DNA from: Polyangia bacterium
GTDB lineage: Bacteria; Myxococcota_A; Polyangia; Palsa-1104; JAEUJZ01
DNA length: 64,000 nt
NCBI GenBank assembly: GCA_044228505.1
Contig: JBGAUT010000016.1
Span: 43,387 to 107,386 of the forward strand
Direction: 5' to 3'
Every line of letters starts with the position of its first letter. The first letter of the stretch is position 1. A model generated the notes under the pieces. The model was not told the DNA's origin, ran no database searches, and saw only the letters and a list, made by a program, of their open reading frames with translations. Position numbers and translations under genes: made by a program. Below are positions 19,215 through 28,599 of the stretch, one piece after another.

Positions 19215-19864
19215 GAGTACCCCAGAAGCAGGCCGCGATACAGCAGCGTGAATCCATCGCAGACCAGGAACAGCAGCAGCTTAAACGGCAGCGTCACCGC
19301 CCGTACCGACAGCCCACCTAGCTGAAGTCCCGACAGTAGCAGAGCCGCCAGCAGATCGAGAACCAGGAAGGGAAGCAGCAGCACAAAGGCAAGCTGAAAC
19401 GCACGTCGCAGCTCTCCCAGCAGGAAAGCCGCCACCAGCACTGGCAGTTCATTTGGTTCAAGCGTCGCTCCGTGCCGCTGGGCCAGCTTCTGGGTCAGCG
19501 CCTCGACCTGCGCTTTGTCGCCAGCAGGTGTGTGCTCTATCAAAAACTGTCGAAGCGGAGCAGTGCCAACCTGAACCAAGTCTGCCGCCGTCGCTGTCGG
19601 CGGTGAGGTGTTCACCTCGGTAAGGCTGCGCTTGATAAGCGGAGACATGGACAGCGTTGCCAGCGTGAGTCCGAGCAACACAGTCACCAGCAGTGGTGGG
19701 ACTCCTCCTCCGAGACCTCGTCGGAGAACCTGCAGCACGATCGCAACTTTGACGTACGCGAGCAGCGATAGCAGCACAAACAGCAGCAGTGGTAGAAGCG
19801 TCCGTAACAGATCCGGCTGCGACAGCATTAACGCGTGGCTCCGTTTATGCCCGATTGTGGCCAC
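19211..19864 (-). CDS. fliP: type III secretion / flagellar export apparatus protein SctR (FliP family)
   Basis: LPFKLLLFLVCDGFTLLYRGLLLGY matches the FliP signature LPFKLMLFVLVDGWQLL; there are also a signal-like N-terminus and VLLLPFLVLDLLAALLLSGLQ. Starts at GTG. Confidence 0.8.
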   Translation of the reverse strand: MATIGHKRSHALMLSQPDLLRTLLPLLLFVLLSLLAYVKVAIVLQVLRRGLGGGVPPLLVTVLLGLTLATLSMSPLIKRSLTEVNTSPPTATAADLVQVGTAPLRQFLIEHTPAGDKAQVEALTQKLAQRHGATLEPNELPVLVAAFLLGELRRAFQLAFVLLLPFLVLDLLAALLLSGLQLGGLSVRAVTLPFKLLLFLVCDGFTLLYRGLLLGYS

Positions 19865-20250
19865 TTCGCGTCAAGGGATGGCCAGGCCGGTATCGTGACG
19901 CGCTCTGGTTCTGCGTGGTTCTCCTGGGTCGGTTCAAGCGCTGGCGGGTCCAGCTCACAAATCGTCGTCAATCCTTGAGGTGACGCACCAAGCAAAAGTG
20001 AGCGCGAGCCGACCTTCACCAGGAACAGCGAGTGACTTGCCGAAAGTCGTCGGTGCTCCACGACGTGGAGCAGCCCCTTAGTGGCTGACTGCTGAGTTCG
20101 TCGCCACAGCCACAGCACCGCAACCATGCCAAGCACCACGCAACAGGCGCGCCCGAGCAGTCCCAGCACATGCCAGGACTCCATCCCTGCGGCATCGGAA
20201 AGCTGAGCCAGCATACTTTGATGAGAAGCTAGTGACCCATCCGGTGTCAA
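19828..20250 (-). CDS. fliO: FliO-like protein (single-TM flagellar/T3SS export accessory)
   Basis: TM helix VVLGMVAVLWLWRR. LHVVEHRRLSASHSLFLVKVGSRSLLLGASPQGLTTICEL aligns with the E. coli FliO core LKISASASLGARERVVVVDVEDARLVLGVTAGQINLLHKL. Overlaps the fliP start by 37 bp; start codon uncertain. Confidence 0.5.
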   Translation of the reverse strand: MTPDGSLASHQSMLAQLSDAAGMESWHVLGLLGRACCVVLGMVAVLWLWRRTQQSATKGLLHVVEHRRLSASHSLFLVKVGSRSLLLGASPQGLTTICELDPPALEPTQENHAEPERVTIPAWPSLDAKWPQSGINGATR

Positions 20251-20305
20251 GGTAGATGGAGAATATTAGGTATCCACAACGGCTGAGGCGTACAGTTCGC
20301 CACGC

Positions 20306-21112
20306 ATGATGCGGAAGCGCTGTCTGACAAGGTCCGTTTGGTTCAAGTGGATTCAGCCGATTGGTGCGGTGGTATTGGTCGGCTGTCTGAACTCGAACGG
20401 TGGTTACGTCGATGATCCCGGTTCGAATCGAGGCGCTCGAGATCTGTCGCTCGAGTCTCATCTCGATCTTTCGGTGGTTGATGCGGGATCAATGGATCTG
20501 GCTCAGCCGGGCGATCGTGATGCGGGTGTACGGGATGGTAGTGCTCGGAGCGACGCTGGTGCCATGCCGACCGATCCGTTCGACCCCGCGAGCTGTTCGG
20601 ATCCCGCTCTGTCTTCTGCGCAAGCCGTGACGATCCTCGGCATGAACACGCGCAGCAAGTTGGCCGATGCGACACTGTACCGGCGCACCCGCACCTGCAC
20701 CGGCATGTCTCCTCCCACCTGTGGAGCGTGGAGTTCACCGGTTCCACATACACAAGACCTCCTTACGTACTCGGGGGGGGTGACCACTGCCTATAAGAAC
20801 TTTGCCTTTCCAACCCACCTCATCCTGTTTTCGCAGGCTGGCACGCCCAAGTGGACCATCCGTCATGAGACGGACTATCGCCACGATGCAACCGCGAACA
20901 ATCGAGGCGTGGGCTTTTCGTTCGGTAGCGACCCAATGGTAAACACCTATCCGGTGATCTATGTGTGGGACTTTGCACCGGCACCAAATCGCTACGACGA
21001 CCTGCAAGGTTTACTGGGAGAGAAGGCTCAGCTACACGCTGCCGAGCACTGCGCACGAGTCGTGTTCACCAGCGGGATCACCACGGAAATTGCTGCCCTG
21101 TATACCTACTAG
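20306..21112 (+). CDS. hypothetical secreted lipoprotein
   Basis: Signal plus lipobox AVVLVGCLNS followed by a D/G/S-rich low-complexity stretch; no recognised domain. Confidence 0.5.
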   Translation: MMRKRCLTRSVWFKWIQPIGAVVLVGCLNSNGGYVDDPGSNRGARDLSLESHLDLSVVDAGSMDLAQPGDRDAGVRDGSARSDAGAMPTDPFDPASCSDPALSSAQAVTILGMNTRSKLADATLYRRTRTCTGMSPPTCGAWSSPVPHTQDLLTYSGGVTTAYKNFAFPTHLILFSQAGTPKWTIRHETDYRHDATANNRGVGFSFGSDPMVNTYPVIYVWDFAPAPNRYDDLQGLLGEKAQLHAAEHCARVVFTSGITTEIAALYTY

Positions 21113-21321
21113 TTCCTGGGCCGGACGCGACGGCTGCGCGGCCACGGGTGAGGGTCGGAGGGTCGAGGCGGCTGGGTCACCAAGCACGGTCACCGATCGG
21201 CAGGCTGAGCTGAGGGGTGGAAAGGCAGTCGCTTGGCTACGGTAGGTCGCCCGTTGGGTCCGAGAACCCTTGTCTTGGCCATGACAGGCAAATCCGTGGG
21301 TGCGAAACACTGCAGCTAGCG

Positions 21322-21530
21322 GTTGGCAGGGGTATGGGCTGGGTATGGAAGGCACGGGCTGGCGGTTGGCTGGTACGGCTGGCGGGTTGGCAGGGGTGTG
21401 GGCTGGGTATGGAAGGCATGGGCTGGCGGTCGGTAGGGATGTGGGCTGGGTATGGAAGGCACGGCTGGTGGGTTGGCAGGGGTGTGGGCTGGGAATGAAA
21501 GGCACCGGGGGGTGGTTGCCAAGGGTAGAG
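21322..21530. repeat. 43-bp tandem repeat array, about 4.5 copies, intergenic
   Basis: The unit is GTTGGCAGGGGTRTGGGCTGGGTATGGAAGGCAYGGGCTGGCG, repeated with a few substitutions and one half-unit. The unit length is not a multiple of 3, and all frames are open across it. Confidence 0.8.
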
Positions 21531-21684
21531 GCCCAATCGGGAAGGCCATCGCCAGCAGTTGGAACAGCCTAGGTTGAATCTGAAACAGACCGGCTTGGGT
21601 CTTACGCCGTCGCGGCAGCCCGGGCTACCGAGTTGCGACTCCGGTGAAGCTGGGGATGTGCCGTGAGAGAGGAGACACTTGCGG

Positions 21685-24420
21685 CTATTGGGTAAGGACC
21701 AGCCCCAGGCGTGCATAACGGACGCCGCTGGGAACTGCACCCAGGAGTGCTTCGGCCAACTCGACCGGACGAACGCCACCCTGATTGTCGATGCGGACGC
21801 GGGCTCGCACGACTTCGTAATCAGTCGACCATCCGAGTTCAGTGCGCACCGACTGCGACGACTCGCCAGCGAGATGCTCGGCTTGCATCAGGAACTGCTG
21901 CACGTCAACGCGTTTGGCTTCACTACCCGCTTTGCCCGGACGTTCAACAACCAGTGGTCGCTTGGACCAGGTCTGCACCTGATCAAGAGCGCTCTGGACC
22001 TCGGGAGAGGAGTCGTCTTTGGGAACACCGATCGCGAAGTCAGCCGCGGTGATGAGTCGGGATACCGCCTTGTCTTCAGGGGTCAGCAGCAGCACCTCAT
22101 CGACGATGAAGCCTTCGGGGGCAGCGGCGAGCAGCCTGTTTCGTAGTTCCTCCGCTGAAATGAAGTCACTACAGTCTTTGGGTCGCTCCAGCCGCAGGTC
22201 CACCACCTCGCCCAGGCTGACCACGCCGAGTCCGAGTGCTGGGCCAAACACCATGTCGGGCTTGGGATGGAAACCGCGAGTGTAAATCGGCTCACAGCCT
22301 GCCCTGCGCAGCATCCGCTGCAGCAGTCGCATGGCGTCGAGATGCCCGATAAAGGCAGCCCGTCCTAGTTTGCGATAGATCAGCCGATAGCGCTGTCCAT
22401 CGCTCTGGGCAAAGGCCGCCTTTTTGCGCGGCTGGCCTCTTTCGGACTGCTCCTTGGCCACTTCTTCATTGGAGCGGGGCGTTTCAGGGCGGTTTTCGGC
22501 ACCAAGCTTGCGAAGTGCGACCAGCCTCTCATCCCGCATCTGGGTCAGGTCACAGGCAATACCGCAGTCAAAACAGACCAGCTTGCGGGTATCAGCCAGT
22601 GCGTCATCGACATTGCTGTGGTGGAGCAGCGATCCATAGGGCTTCCCGCATGGCGGCGAAAGGCGGTCTTTGAGCGCCTTTTTGTACTCGCTGCGTAGAA
22701 AGCCTTCTTCAAGCCCAATGTCGAGGTGATCCCACGGTAGCCGCGCCGTCAGCGGCAGCGTCATGAAGTACGGTTCGGGATCGATACCCACCTCGGCCAG
22801 TGCTTTTTGCCAGATCTCGACGTCGAATTGATCGTCCCAGCTGTCGAATCGCGCCCCGTTGCGGTGGGCAAGCTCGATGACGTCGGCCAGTCGGCGGTCG
22901 CCGCGAGAAAAGATGCCTTCGAGCCATGACATCTGCCTCTCGTGGTATTTGAACTCGATCCGCTCTCGTCGCGCCAGCTCGCGCAGTAGCTGCTGCTTGC
23001 GGGCCAACTCACTGAGGTTGTCTTGGCTACACCACTGAAACGGTGTGTGCGGCTTGGGTACGTGATTCGACACCGACACGGTGACTTCGGCATCACGGCG
23101 AATTCGTCGACCAAGTCTGCGGAGCCGCACCGCTGTCTCGATGATACCAGCGACGTCTTCGTCAGTCTCCGTCGGGAGGCCGATCATGAAGTAGAGCTTC
23201 ATGCGAGACCAGCCGCGAGAGAATACGTTTTCTGCCGAGCGGCTGATGTCCTCTTCGGTGATGTTCTTGTTGATGACATCGCGCATGCGCTGGGTGCCTG
23301 CCTCGGGGGCGAACGTCAGGCCAGTGGCGCGCACACTCGACATCTCATCAAGAATCTCGGGCGATAGGCCGTAGGCGCGCAGCGAGGAGACTGATAGCGA
23401 TACTCGCTCCTCTCGCAGGCGCCCCATGACCTTTTTCATGAGCGGCAGGATGCATGAAAAGTCCGCCGTCGACAGTGATGTCAGCGAAGTCTCATCGTAG
23501 CCGCCCTTCTTGATGCTTTGGAGCACCGATTCGACGATGGAATCGGGGTCACGCTCACGAACCGGACGATAGATCATGCCGGCTTGGCAGAAACGACAAC
23601 CCTCGGTACAGCCTCTGGCAATCTCGATGCTGGCGCGGTCGAAGATCGCTTCGGCATACGGCACCGGTGTATCCGATGGGAATGGGAAGTCGTTGAGGTT
23701 GGCGACGTAGATCCGAGTGACCCGCTCAGGCACTCGTGGATCGAGGGGTCGGTCGACAACCTGTCGTCCAGTTTCGGGATCAACAGTGAGCGAGTACAGA
23801 GACGGTACATACAGGTAGCCGCGCTCGGCCAGCCGAATCAGACGTTCTTGGCGGGGTACGCCTTCCCGTTTCCAGCGTGTCCAATCGAGCAGCACGCTGG
23901 GCAGAACCTGCTCCGCTTCACCGATCAGGATGCAGTCGAAAAATGGAGCCACCGGTTCGGGATGGGTCGCAACCGGGCCGCCTCCTAGGATGAGCGGATG
24001 GTGCTCTGTGCGGTCGACGCTACGCAGCGGGATTCCGCCTAGCTCCAGCAGCGTCAGGCAGTTGGTGTAGGTCAGCTCGTACTGGAGCGACATTCCGATG
24101 ACATCGAAGTCCGAGAGTGGGCGCGCCGATTCCAGCGACAAAAGCGGTAGCTTTCGCTTGCGCAACTCGCTTTCCATATCCACCCACGGCGTGAAGGTTC
24201 GCTCGCAGAGGATGCGCGGATCTTTGTTCAGCAGCGAATACAGGATCTTCGTCCCTAGATGAGACATGCCGATCTCGTAGACGTCGGGGAACGCCAGGGC
24301 GACCCGTACCTCGGCGGTGTCAAAGTCCTTGCGCACCGATTGGTATTCGCCGCCCAAGTAGCGGGCAGGCTTGTCGACGAAAGAGATAAACTCCGAATAG
24401 GGATGATTTAGGAGCAGCAT
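21685..24420 (-). CDS. radical SAM protein, TIGR03960-like N-terminal B12-like/radical-SAM region fused to a DUF2344/TIGR03936-like C-terminal region (about 910 aa)
   Basis: The preferred start is MLLLNHPYSEFISFVDKPARYLGGEY at 24420, which avoids overlap with the downstream-strand neighbour; ATG 24516 is an alternative. The radical-SAM cluster is ARGCTEGCRFCQAG. A long conserved C-terminal extension follows. Confidence 0.8.
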   Translation of the reverse strand: MLLLNHPYSEFISFVDKPARYLGGEYQSVRKDFDTAEVRVALAFPDVYEIGMSHLGTKILYSLLNKDPRILCERTFTPWVDMESELRKRKLPLLSLESARPLSDFDVIGMSLQYELTYTNCLTLLELGGIPLRSVDRTEHHPLILGGGPVATHPEPVAPFFDCILIGEAEQVLPSVLLDWTRWKREGVPRQERLIRLAERGYLYVPSLYSLTVDPETGRQVVDRPLDPRVPERVTRIYVANLNDFPFPSDTPVPYAEAIFDRASIEIARGCTEGCRFCQAGMIYRPVRERDPDSIVESVLQSIKKGGYDETSLTSLSTADFSCILPLMKKVMGRLREERVSLSVSSLRAYGLSPEILDEMSSVRATGLTFAPEAGTQRMRDVINKNITEEDISRSAENVFSRGWSRMKLYFMIGLPTETDEDVAGIIETAVRLRRLGRRIRRDAEVTVSVSNHVPKPHTPFQWCSQDNLSELARKQQLLRELARRERIEFKYHERQMSWLEGIFSRGDRRLADVIELAHRNGARFDSWDDQFDVEIWQKALAEVGIDPEPYFMTLPLTARLPWDHLDIGLEEGFLRSEYKKALKDRLSPPCGKPYGSLLHHSNVDDALADTRKLVCFDCGIACDLTQMRDERLVALRKLGAENRPETPRSNEEVAKEQSERGQPRKKAAFAQSDGQRYRLIYRKLGRAAFIGHLDAMRLLQRMLRRAGCEPIYTRGFHPKPDMVFGPALGLGVVSLGEVVDLRLERPKDCSDFISAEELRNRLLAAAPEGFIVDEVLLLTPEDKAVSRLITAADFAIGVPKDDSSPEVQSALDQVQTWSKRPLVVERPGKAGSEAKRVDVQQFLMQAEHLAGESSQSVRTELGWSTDYEVVRARVRIDNQGGVRPVELAEALLGAVPSGVRYARLGLVLTQ

Positions 24421-24481
24421 CGACGGCGGTGTATCCACAATCTGACGTAACGTCAAGTTTGAGAGGACAACATCCCCAAGC

Positions 24482-25096
24482 CTAGTGGCTGGGAAGCTCT
24501 GGGGCGCAGCAGCCATGGAAGCCGGTTTGACCGGGCATCGGGCGGGGCGTCTTTAGCACGGGGCCTCGCTCGACCAGACCCTTGAGCGTGGCGAGGTTTG
24601 CCTTCATGGCGTGTTCCACATCGGGGGCGAACAGTGGCGTGAGCAGGCGCAAGACCAGTGAGTTGTAGTGAGCCAAAGAGCGCTGGTGGAGCGTGGTGGT
24701 CTTGCCGGTTGGTCCGTCGTGCTCGACCAGCTTGTAGTCGATGTCATCCACGAACTCTGCATGTTCGAGTCGAATGGTGAGCGACTGCGGCGGTACCATC
24801 GCGAGCGTCTCACTGGTCAGTTCTTGGCGACGACCACCGATGACCATGACCACTTGGGCACGTCCTCCGACCTTGGGCTCGTCAGTGCTTTGAAAAGACT
24901 CCATGCCATGGATCCACTTGAGGAGGCTCGGTCCATCGGTCAAAAACGGGAAGACCGCAGCCGCAGGGCGGTCGATTTCTATCTCGGCTTCGGTTGTCGC
25001 CACGTTACGGCCACCGCCGAGCAGCACCATCACGCCCACAAACGCGATGAGTAGCAGTCCCACCGCCGAACCGAGCCGCACCAGCCACTTGATCAT
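24482..25096 (-). CDS. SRPBCC (START/Bet v1-like, polyketide cyclase/dehydrase-type) membrane-anchored protein
   Basis: AAAGGAG RBS precedes ATG 25096 (MIKWLVRLGSAVGLLLIAF, an N-terminal TM), followed by a ~150-aa SRPBCC-like fold. Confidence 0.5.
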   Translation of the reverse strand: MIKWLVRLGSAVGLLLIAFVGVMVLLGGGRNVATTEAEIEIDRPAAAVFPFLTDGPSLLKWIHGMESFQSTDEPKVGGRAQVVMVIGGRRQELTSETLAMVPPQSLTIRLEHAEFVDDIDYKLVEHDGPTGKTTTLHQRSLAHYNSLVLRLLTPLFAPDVEHAMKANLATLKGLVERGPVLKTPRPMPGQTGFHGCCAPELPSH

Positions 25097-25584
25097 GAAC
25101 GCTCCTTTGTAGGTGGGCGTGTATAGCGAACGCTCGCCTACGTCAAGGTTGCCTTTACGGAGGCAGCACAAACGCGATATGGTGGAAATGAAAAGCAATC
25201 TAGCCGCAGCGCTCCTGGCTGTAGGAATGCGCTGGTTCGGAAGGAAAAGGACGATGCCCGATCAACCTGTAGAGAGTGAGACGCCACCCGAGGTCGCTGT
25301 TGCCAACGATGAGGCCAAAGGCCGCGATGGCGATCCAAACCCCAACGCCGATGAGCAGAACGATCCGGGCAGCGAACTGCAGCAGCGAGCCTAGCTCCTA
25401 GCGAGCCGTAAGTCCCTTCGCAAGTGTTCCGCTGGATAGGGAAGTGCGCTTCCCAGGTCGCCCGGGATCGGGCGGACCGCAACGCTCTCAAAAGATTGGA
25501 GAATTTGGAGGTTTCTTCGGGCTGGTTCTGACACTAGCTTATGAAGTAACCACACCGAATACACAGTCATAAAGGAGAGCGATC

Positions 25585-27405
25585 ATGCCGTTCCGCCTAC
25601 GTGCTTTGAATCCACGATCACGCTTCCTTCTCGTCTCGACTCTGGCGCTTTCGGTCGGTGTCTCTACGACTCAGTGCGGGAGCACGATCCTGGGCGGAGA
25701 GGAGCCCGGCGAGGACATGGGCTCGGATCACCCGAAACAGCTCCTGTACCTGACAGTCTCTCCTGACAATGATGTGATCCAAGTCGACGTGAACCAGATG
25801 GTTCAGAAGTCGTTCACCGTCGTGGCTCATTACAGTGACTCTTCGACGGCAGATGTCACGGCGAGTTCCACTCTGTCGCTGGAAAATGCCACGGTGGGCA
25901 CGCTGACTGGGATGACCTTCACCTCTGCAATGAGTGCGACGGCCAAGGTCGGCTTTACCAAGGTGATTGCGAGCTATACCGCGAATGGCCAAACCCTGAC
26001 CGGTTATGCCAACCTGACGGTGGTATGGTTGCGACTGAGCGGTGCGGCGACGGACTTCTTTTTCAAGCTGCCGTACATGGGCGGCGCACAGGACCAACCG
26101 CTTCAGTTTGGCACCAACGTGCAGTCGCTCGACTCGTTCTTCGCCGTCGATACGACCGGCAGCATGGGGCCATCGATTATGGCGCTGAAGAACAGCCTGA
26201 CCAATACCATCATCCCCGGAGTCAAAGCGGGCGCGGCCAAGGATGCTCAGTTCGGGGTCGCTGCGGTCGAGGACTTCCCTTATGGTAGTTACGGCACAGC
26301 CAATAGCTTTCCGGGGAATCTGGACGATCAGCCGCTGATTATGCTCCAGAACATCTCGGCGGATGTGACGGCGGCCCAGACGGCGGTTGCCAAGCTACTC
26401 AATGGCTCGAACCCACGTGGGGCGGGGGCCGATCTGCCGGAAGGACAGATGGAGGCGCTCTTTCAACTGGCGACCGGCGTTGGCAACATTGTCTCGGGAG
26501 TCGTCAACATCCCGGCGAACAAAGTCGGATTGGGTGGCGCGGGGTTCCGCAAGGGAGCGCTGCCTGTGATCACGATGATTTCGGATGCCGTGTTTCACAC
26601 CAAGGGCGAATCTGCGACGCCTTGCTCATACCAAGATGGAGCCGGGAATCATCCGGTGGCCAGTGACTACGCTGGCGCGGTGGCAAACGCCGCCCACAAC
26701 AGGTCCGAGACGCATGCGGCGCTAAACAACATCTGTGCCAAGGTGATTGGTGTATCGGCACTGAGGACAACGATTGGTTACACCACCAATCCAAACGGCG
26801 TGTGTTCAGCCACGGCTGACCTTGTGGCGGCAGCGAAGGCCACCGGCGCGGTGGTATTGCCATCGGCTTGGGACGCGGGTGCTCGTCCGGCGGGCTGCGG
26901 TGCGGGTCTGTGCTGCACGGGACTAAACGGTGTGGGTGAAGCGGCGGACACAAATGGTGAGTGTCCGCTGGTGTTCAAGGTCGCGCAGGACGGTTCGGGA
27001 CTTGGCTCGCAGGTCACTGCGGGGATCACACAGGTGGCGCGGTTTTCGAAGTTCAACGTGACGACCCAGACCTCGGGCAACGTGGCCGGGGATCTGGGCG
27101 AGATGCTCCCAGCGGGCAAGACGGCCGCAGATTTCATCACGGCGATTGTGCCAAAGGATGCCGCGCCCCCTGCCGCACCTCCGGTTCTGCCCGCACCCGT
27201 GATCGCAGGCAGTGCCTTCACCAAGGTGTATCCAGGCAGCACCGTGCGCTTTACCATCACAGCAGAGAATCAGATGGTGCCAGCGACCGCGACTCCGCAG
27301 GTCTTCCGCGCCAAGGTCAAGGTTCTCGCCGGTGGCTGCACAGACCTAGATGAGCGCGAGGTCATCATCCTCGTTCCGCCTCAAGCGCCGCCGGTTGTCG
27401 GGTAG
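25585..27405 (+). CDS. secreted protein with Ig-like N-terminal region and a vWA-like domain (possible MIDAS motif DTTGSM)
   Basis: Signal peptide MPFRLRALNPRSRFLLVSTLALSVGVST. FFAVDTTGSMGPSIMALKNSL resembles a vWA MIDAS motif. 606 aa. Confidence 0.55.
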   Translation: MPFRLRALNPRSRFLLVSTLALSVGVSTTQCGSTILGGEEPGEDMGSDHPKQLLYLTVSPDNDVIQVDVNQMVQKSFTVVAHYSDSSTADVTASSTLSLENATVGTLTGMTFTSAMSATAKVGFTKVIASYTANGQTLTGYANLTVVWLRLSGAATDFFFKLPYMGGAQDQPLQFGTNVQSLDSFFAVDTTGSMGPSIMALKNSLTNTIIPGVKAGAAKDAQFGVAAVEDFPYGSYGTANSFPGNLDDQPLIMLQNISADVTAAQTAVAKLLNGSNPRGAGADLPEGQMEALFQLATGVGNIVSGVVNIPANKVGLGGAGFRKGALPVITMISDAVFHTKGESATPCSYQDGAGNHPVASDYAGAVANAAHNRSETHAALNNICAKVIGVSALRTTIGYTTNPNGVCSATADLVAAAKATGAVVLPSAWDAGARPAGCGAGLCCTGLNGVGEAADTNGECPLVFKVAQDGSGLGSQVTAGITQVARFSKFNVTTQTSGNVAGDLGEMLPAGKTAADFITAIVPKDAAPPAAPPVLPAPVIAGSAFTKVYPGSTVRFTITAENQMVPATATPQVFRAKVKVLAGGCTDLDEREVIILVPPQAPPVVG

Positions 27406-27665
27406 CACACCTCTTTTGTGTCAACCGCGAAGCAGGATGAGTGGTTGCTTCGCTCCGCCCCTTAACCGGATGTGCTGGCTGGGGTGGCGTTCATCGCTCG
27501 GGTCCACTCTGATTCGCTGCCAAGTGGTGGGCGTACCTTTTTCATGCGGGTGCGTCAATCCGAGGATGCTTGCTGCCCGGTGTCTGCGTCGCCGCCGTCT
27601 TCATCTGAAAACGGCCTTGCAACTTTTCGTGCCCGCGGCGGACAATCGGCGCTAGGCTGCGGCGC

Positions 27666-28415
27666 ATGTCGTCGCCTCCTACTTCCGAACACACCTCTTC
27701 GTTTCCGTCGCCATCACCTGCTGAGGAGCTGTCGGCCACCCAGGCTCTGTGGCGCATTGCTCGGGCACTTCCTATCGTCGAGCGCAGCTACGCAATCATT
27801 CGCTTTATGATTTTGCGGGTGAAACTGCTGGCGACAATGGACCTGCTCCTGCCCGCAGAGGGTCCGATCCTGGACGTGGGCTGTGGTTTTGGATTGTGGT
27901 CCGCGTACTTTTCGCAGATGCAGCCGGGTCGTCGCATCATCGGGATTGATCCAAATGCACACCGCATCGCGATGGCCCAGAAGGTGGCGGAGAAGCTTGG
28001 AGTGAAGACCAAGTTTTTTGCTGAGGACGTTCGACAGACCGCAGCCAGGGGTCCATTCCGTGCGGTGTATTTGCTCGACGTACTACACCACATTCCGTCA
28101 GCGGATCAGGTTGAGGTGGTCAGTCAGTTGACCGACATGCTGGAGGAGGGGGGCACGCTGGTGATCAAAGACATCACCACCAAGCCGTGGCTGGGACTTA
28201 AGTTTACCGAGATCTTGGACCGAGCCATGGTTGGAATGAAAGAGGAGCTGGCCTATCGCCACCATAACGAGTGGAGCGAGCTGCTCCGCGACCTGGGCTA
28301 TTCCGTTCGTGTCGTCCGTGTTCCCGACGTACTGCCGTACCCGCACGTCATCATCGCTGCTACCAAGGGCAAGCGCCCCGTCGTTGCTTCGTCGCAGAGC
28401 GCCGTCCTGAATTAA
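27666..28415 (+). CDS. class I SAM-dependent methyltransferase
   Basis: ILDVGCGFGLWSAYF (motif I) and AVYLLDVLHHIP (motif post-I/II). Confidence 0.7.
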   Translation: MSSPPTSEHTSSFPSPSPAEELSATQALWRIARALPIVERSYAIIRFMILRVKLLATMDLLLPAEGPILDVGCGFGLWSAYFSQMQPGRRIIGIDPNAHRIAMAQKVAEKLGVKTKFFAEDVRQTAARGPFRAVYLLDVLHHIPSADQVEVVSQLTDMLEEGGTLVIKDITTKPWLGLKFTEILDRAMVGMKEELAYRHHNEWSELLRDLGYSVRVVRVPDVLPYPHVIIAATKGKRPVVASSQSAVLN

Positions 28416-28569
28416 GTTCCACCGTTTCCTTTCCGCCTCGTGCTCGCTTTTCAGACCGGTGGGTTGAGTAGCGTGCTGCGGGCGAAACTCCCTGCGTGTG
28501 CTTGCTGAGGCTGTCGGTTGGATCGCGAGCGTGTCGCTTGACAGCTCGCAGGGTGTAGGTCAGCCTTGT

Positions 28570-28599
28570 AAATGAATAGCCATTCATTTGGATGAATGG
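28570..28599. promoter_or_regulatory. candidate TetR operator: three ATGAAT/ATTCAT half-sites forming two overlapping palindromes
   Basis: The sequence is AAATGAATagccATTCATTtggATGAATGG. It lies immediately upstream of, and overlapping, the TetR start region. Confidence 0.5.

Noticed and set aside
20410-20425. tRNA T-loop-like motif GGTTCGAATCG
   Set aside because: It lies inside a well-supported lipoprotein CDS. No acceptor stem or anticodon-arm complementarity is visible around it, and the terminal CC of the canonical GGTTCGAATCC is missing.
21322-21530. Possible CRISPR array
   Set aside because: The repeats are contiguous with no unique spacers, the unit is longer than CRISPR repeats and G-rich, and no cas genes are present in the window.
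21032-21779. Overlapping Pro-rich ORFs (157 to 180 aa) on both strands
   Set aside because: They span the 43-bp tandem repeat, whose unit is not a multiple of 3. All frames are open there, so these are repeat artefacts and not genes.
27350-27655. 101-aa plus-strand ORF between the vWA protein and the methyltransferase
   Set aside because: It is Arg/Ser/Cys-rich with no motif or RBS, and it overlaps the 3' end of the vWA gene in another frame. It is a probable spurious ORF.
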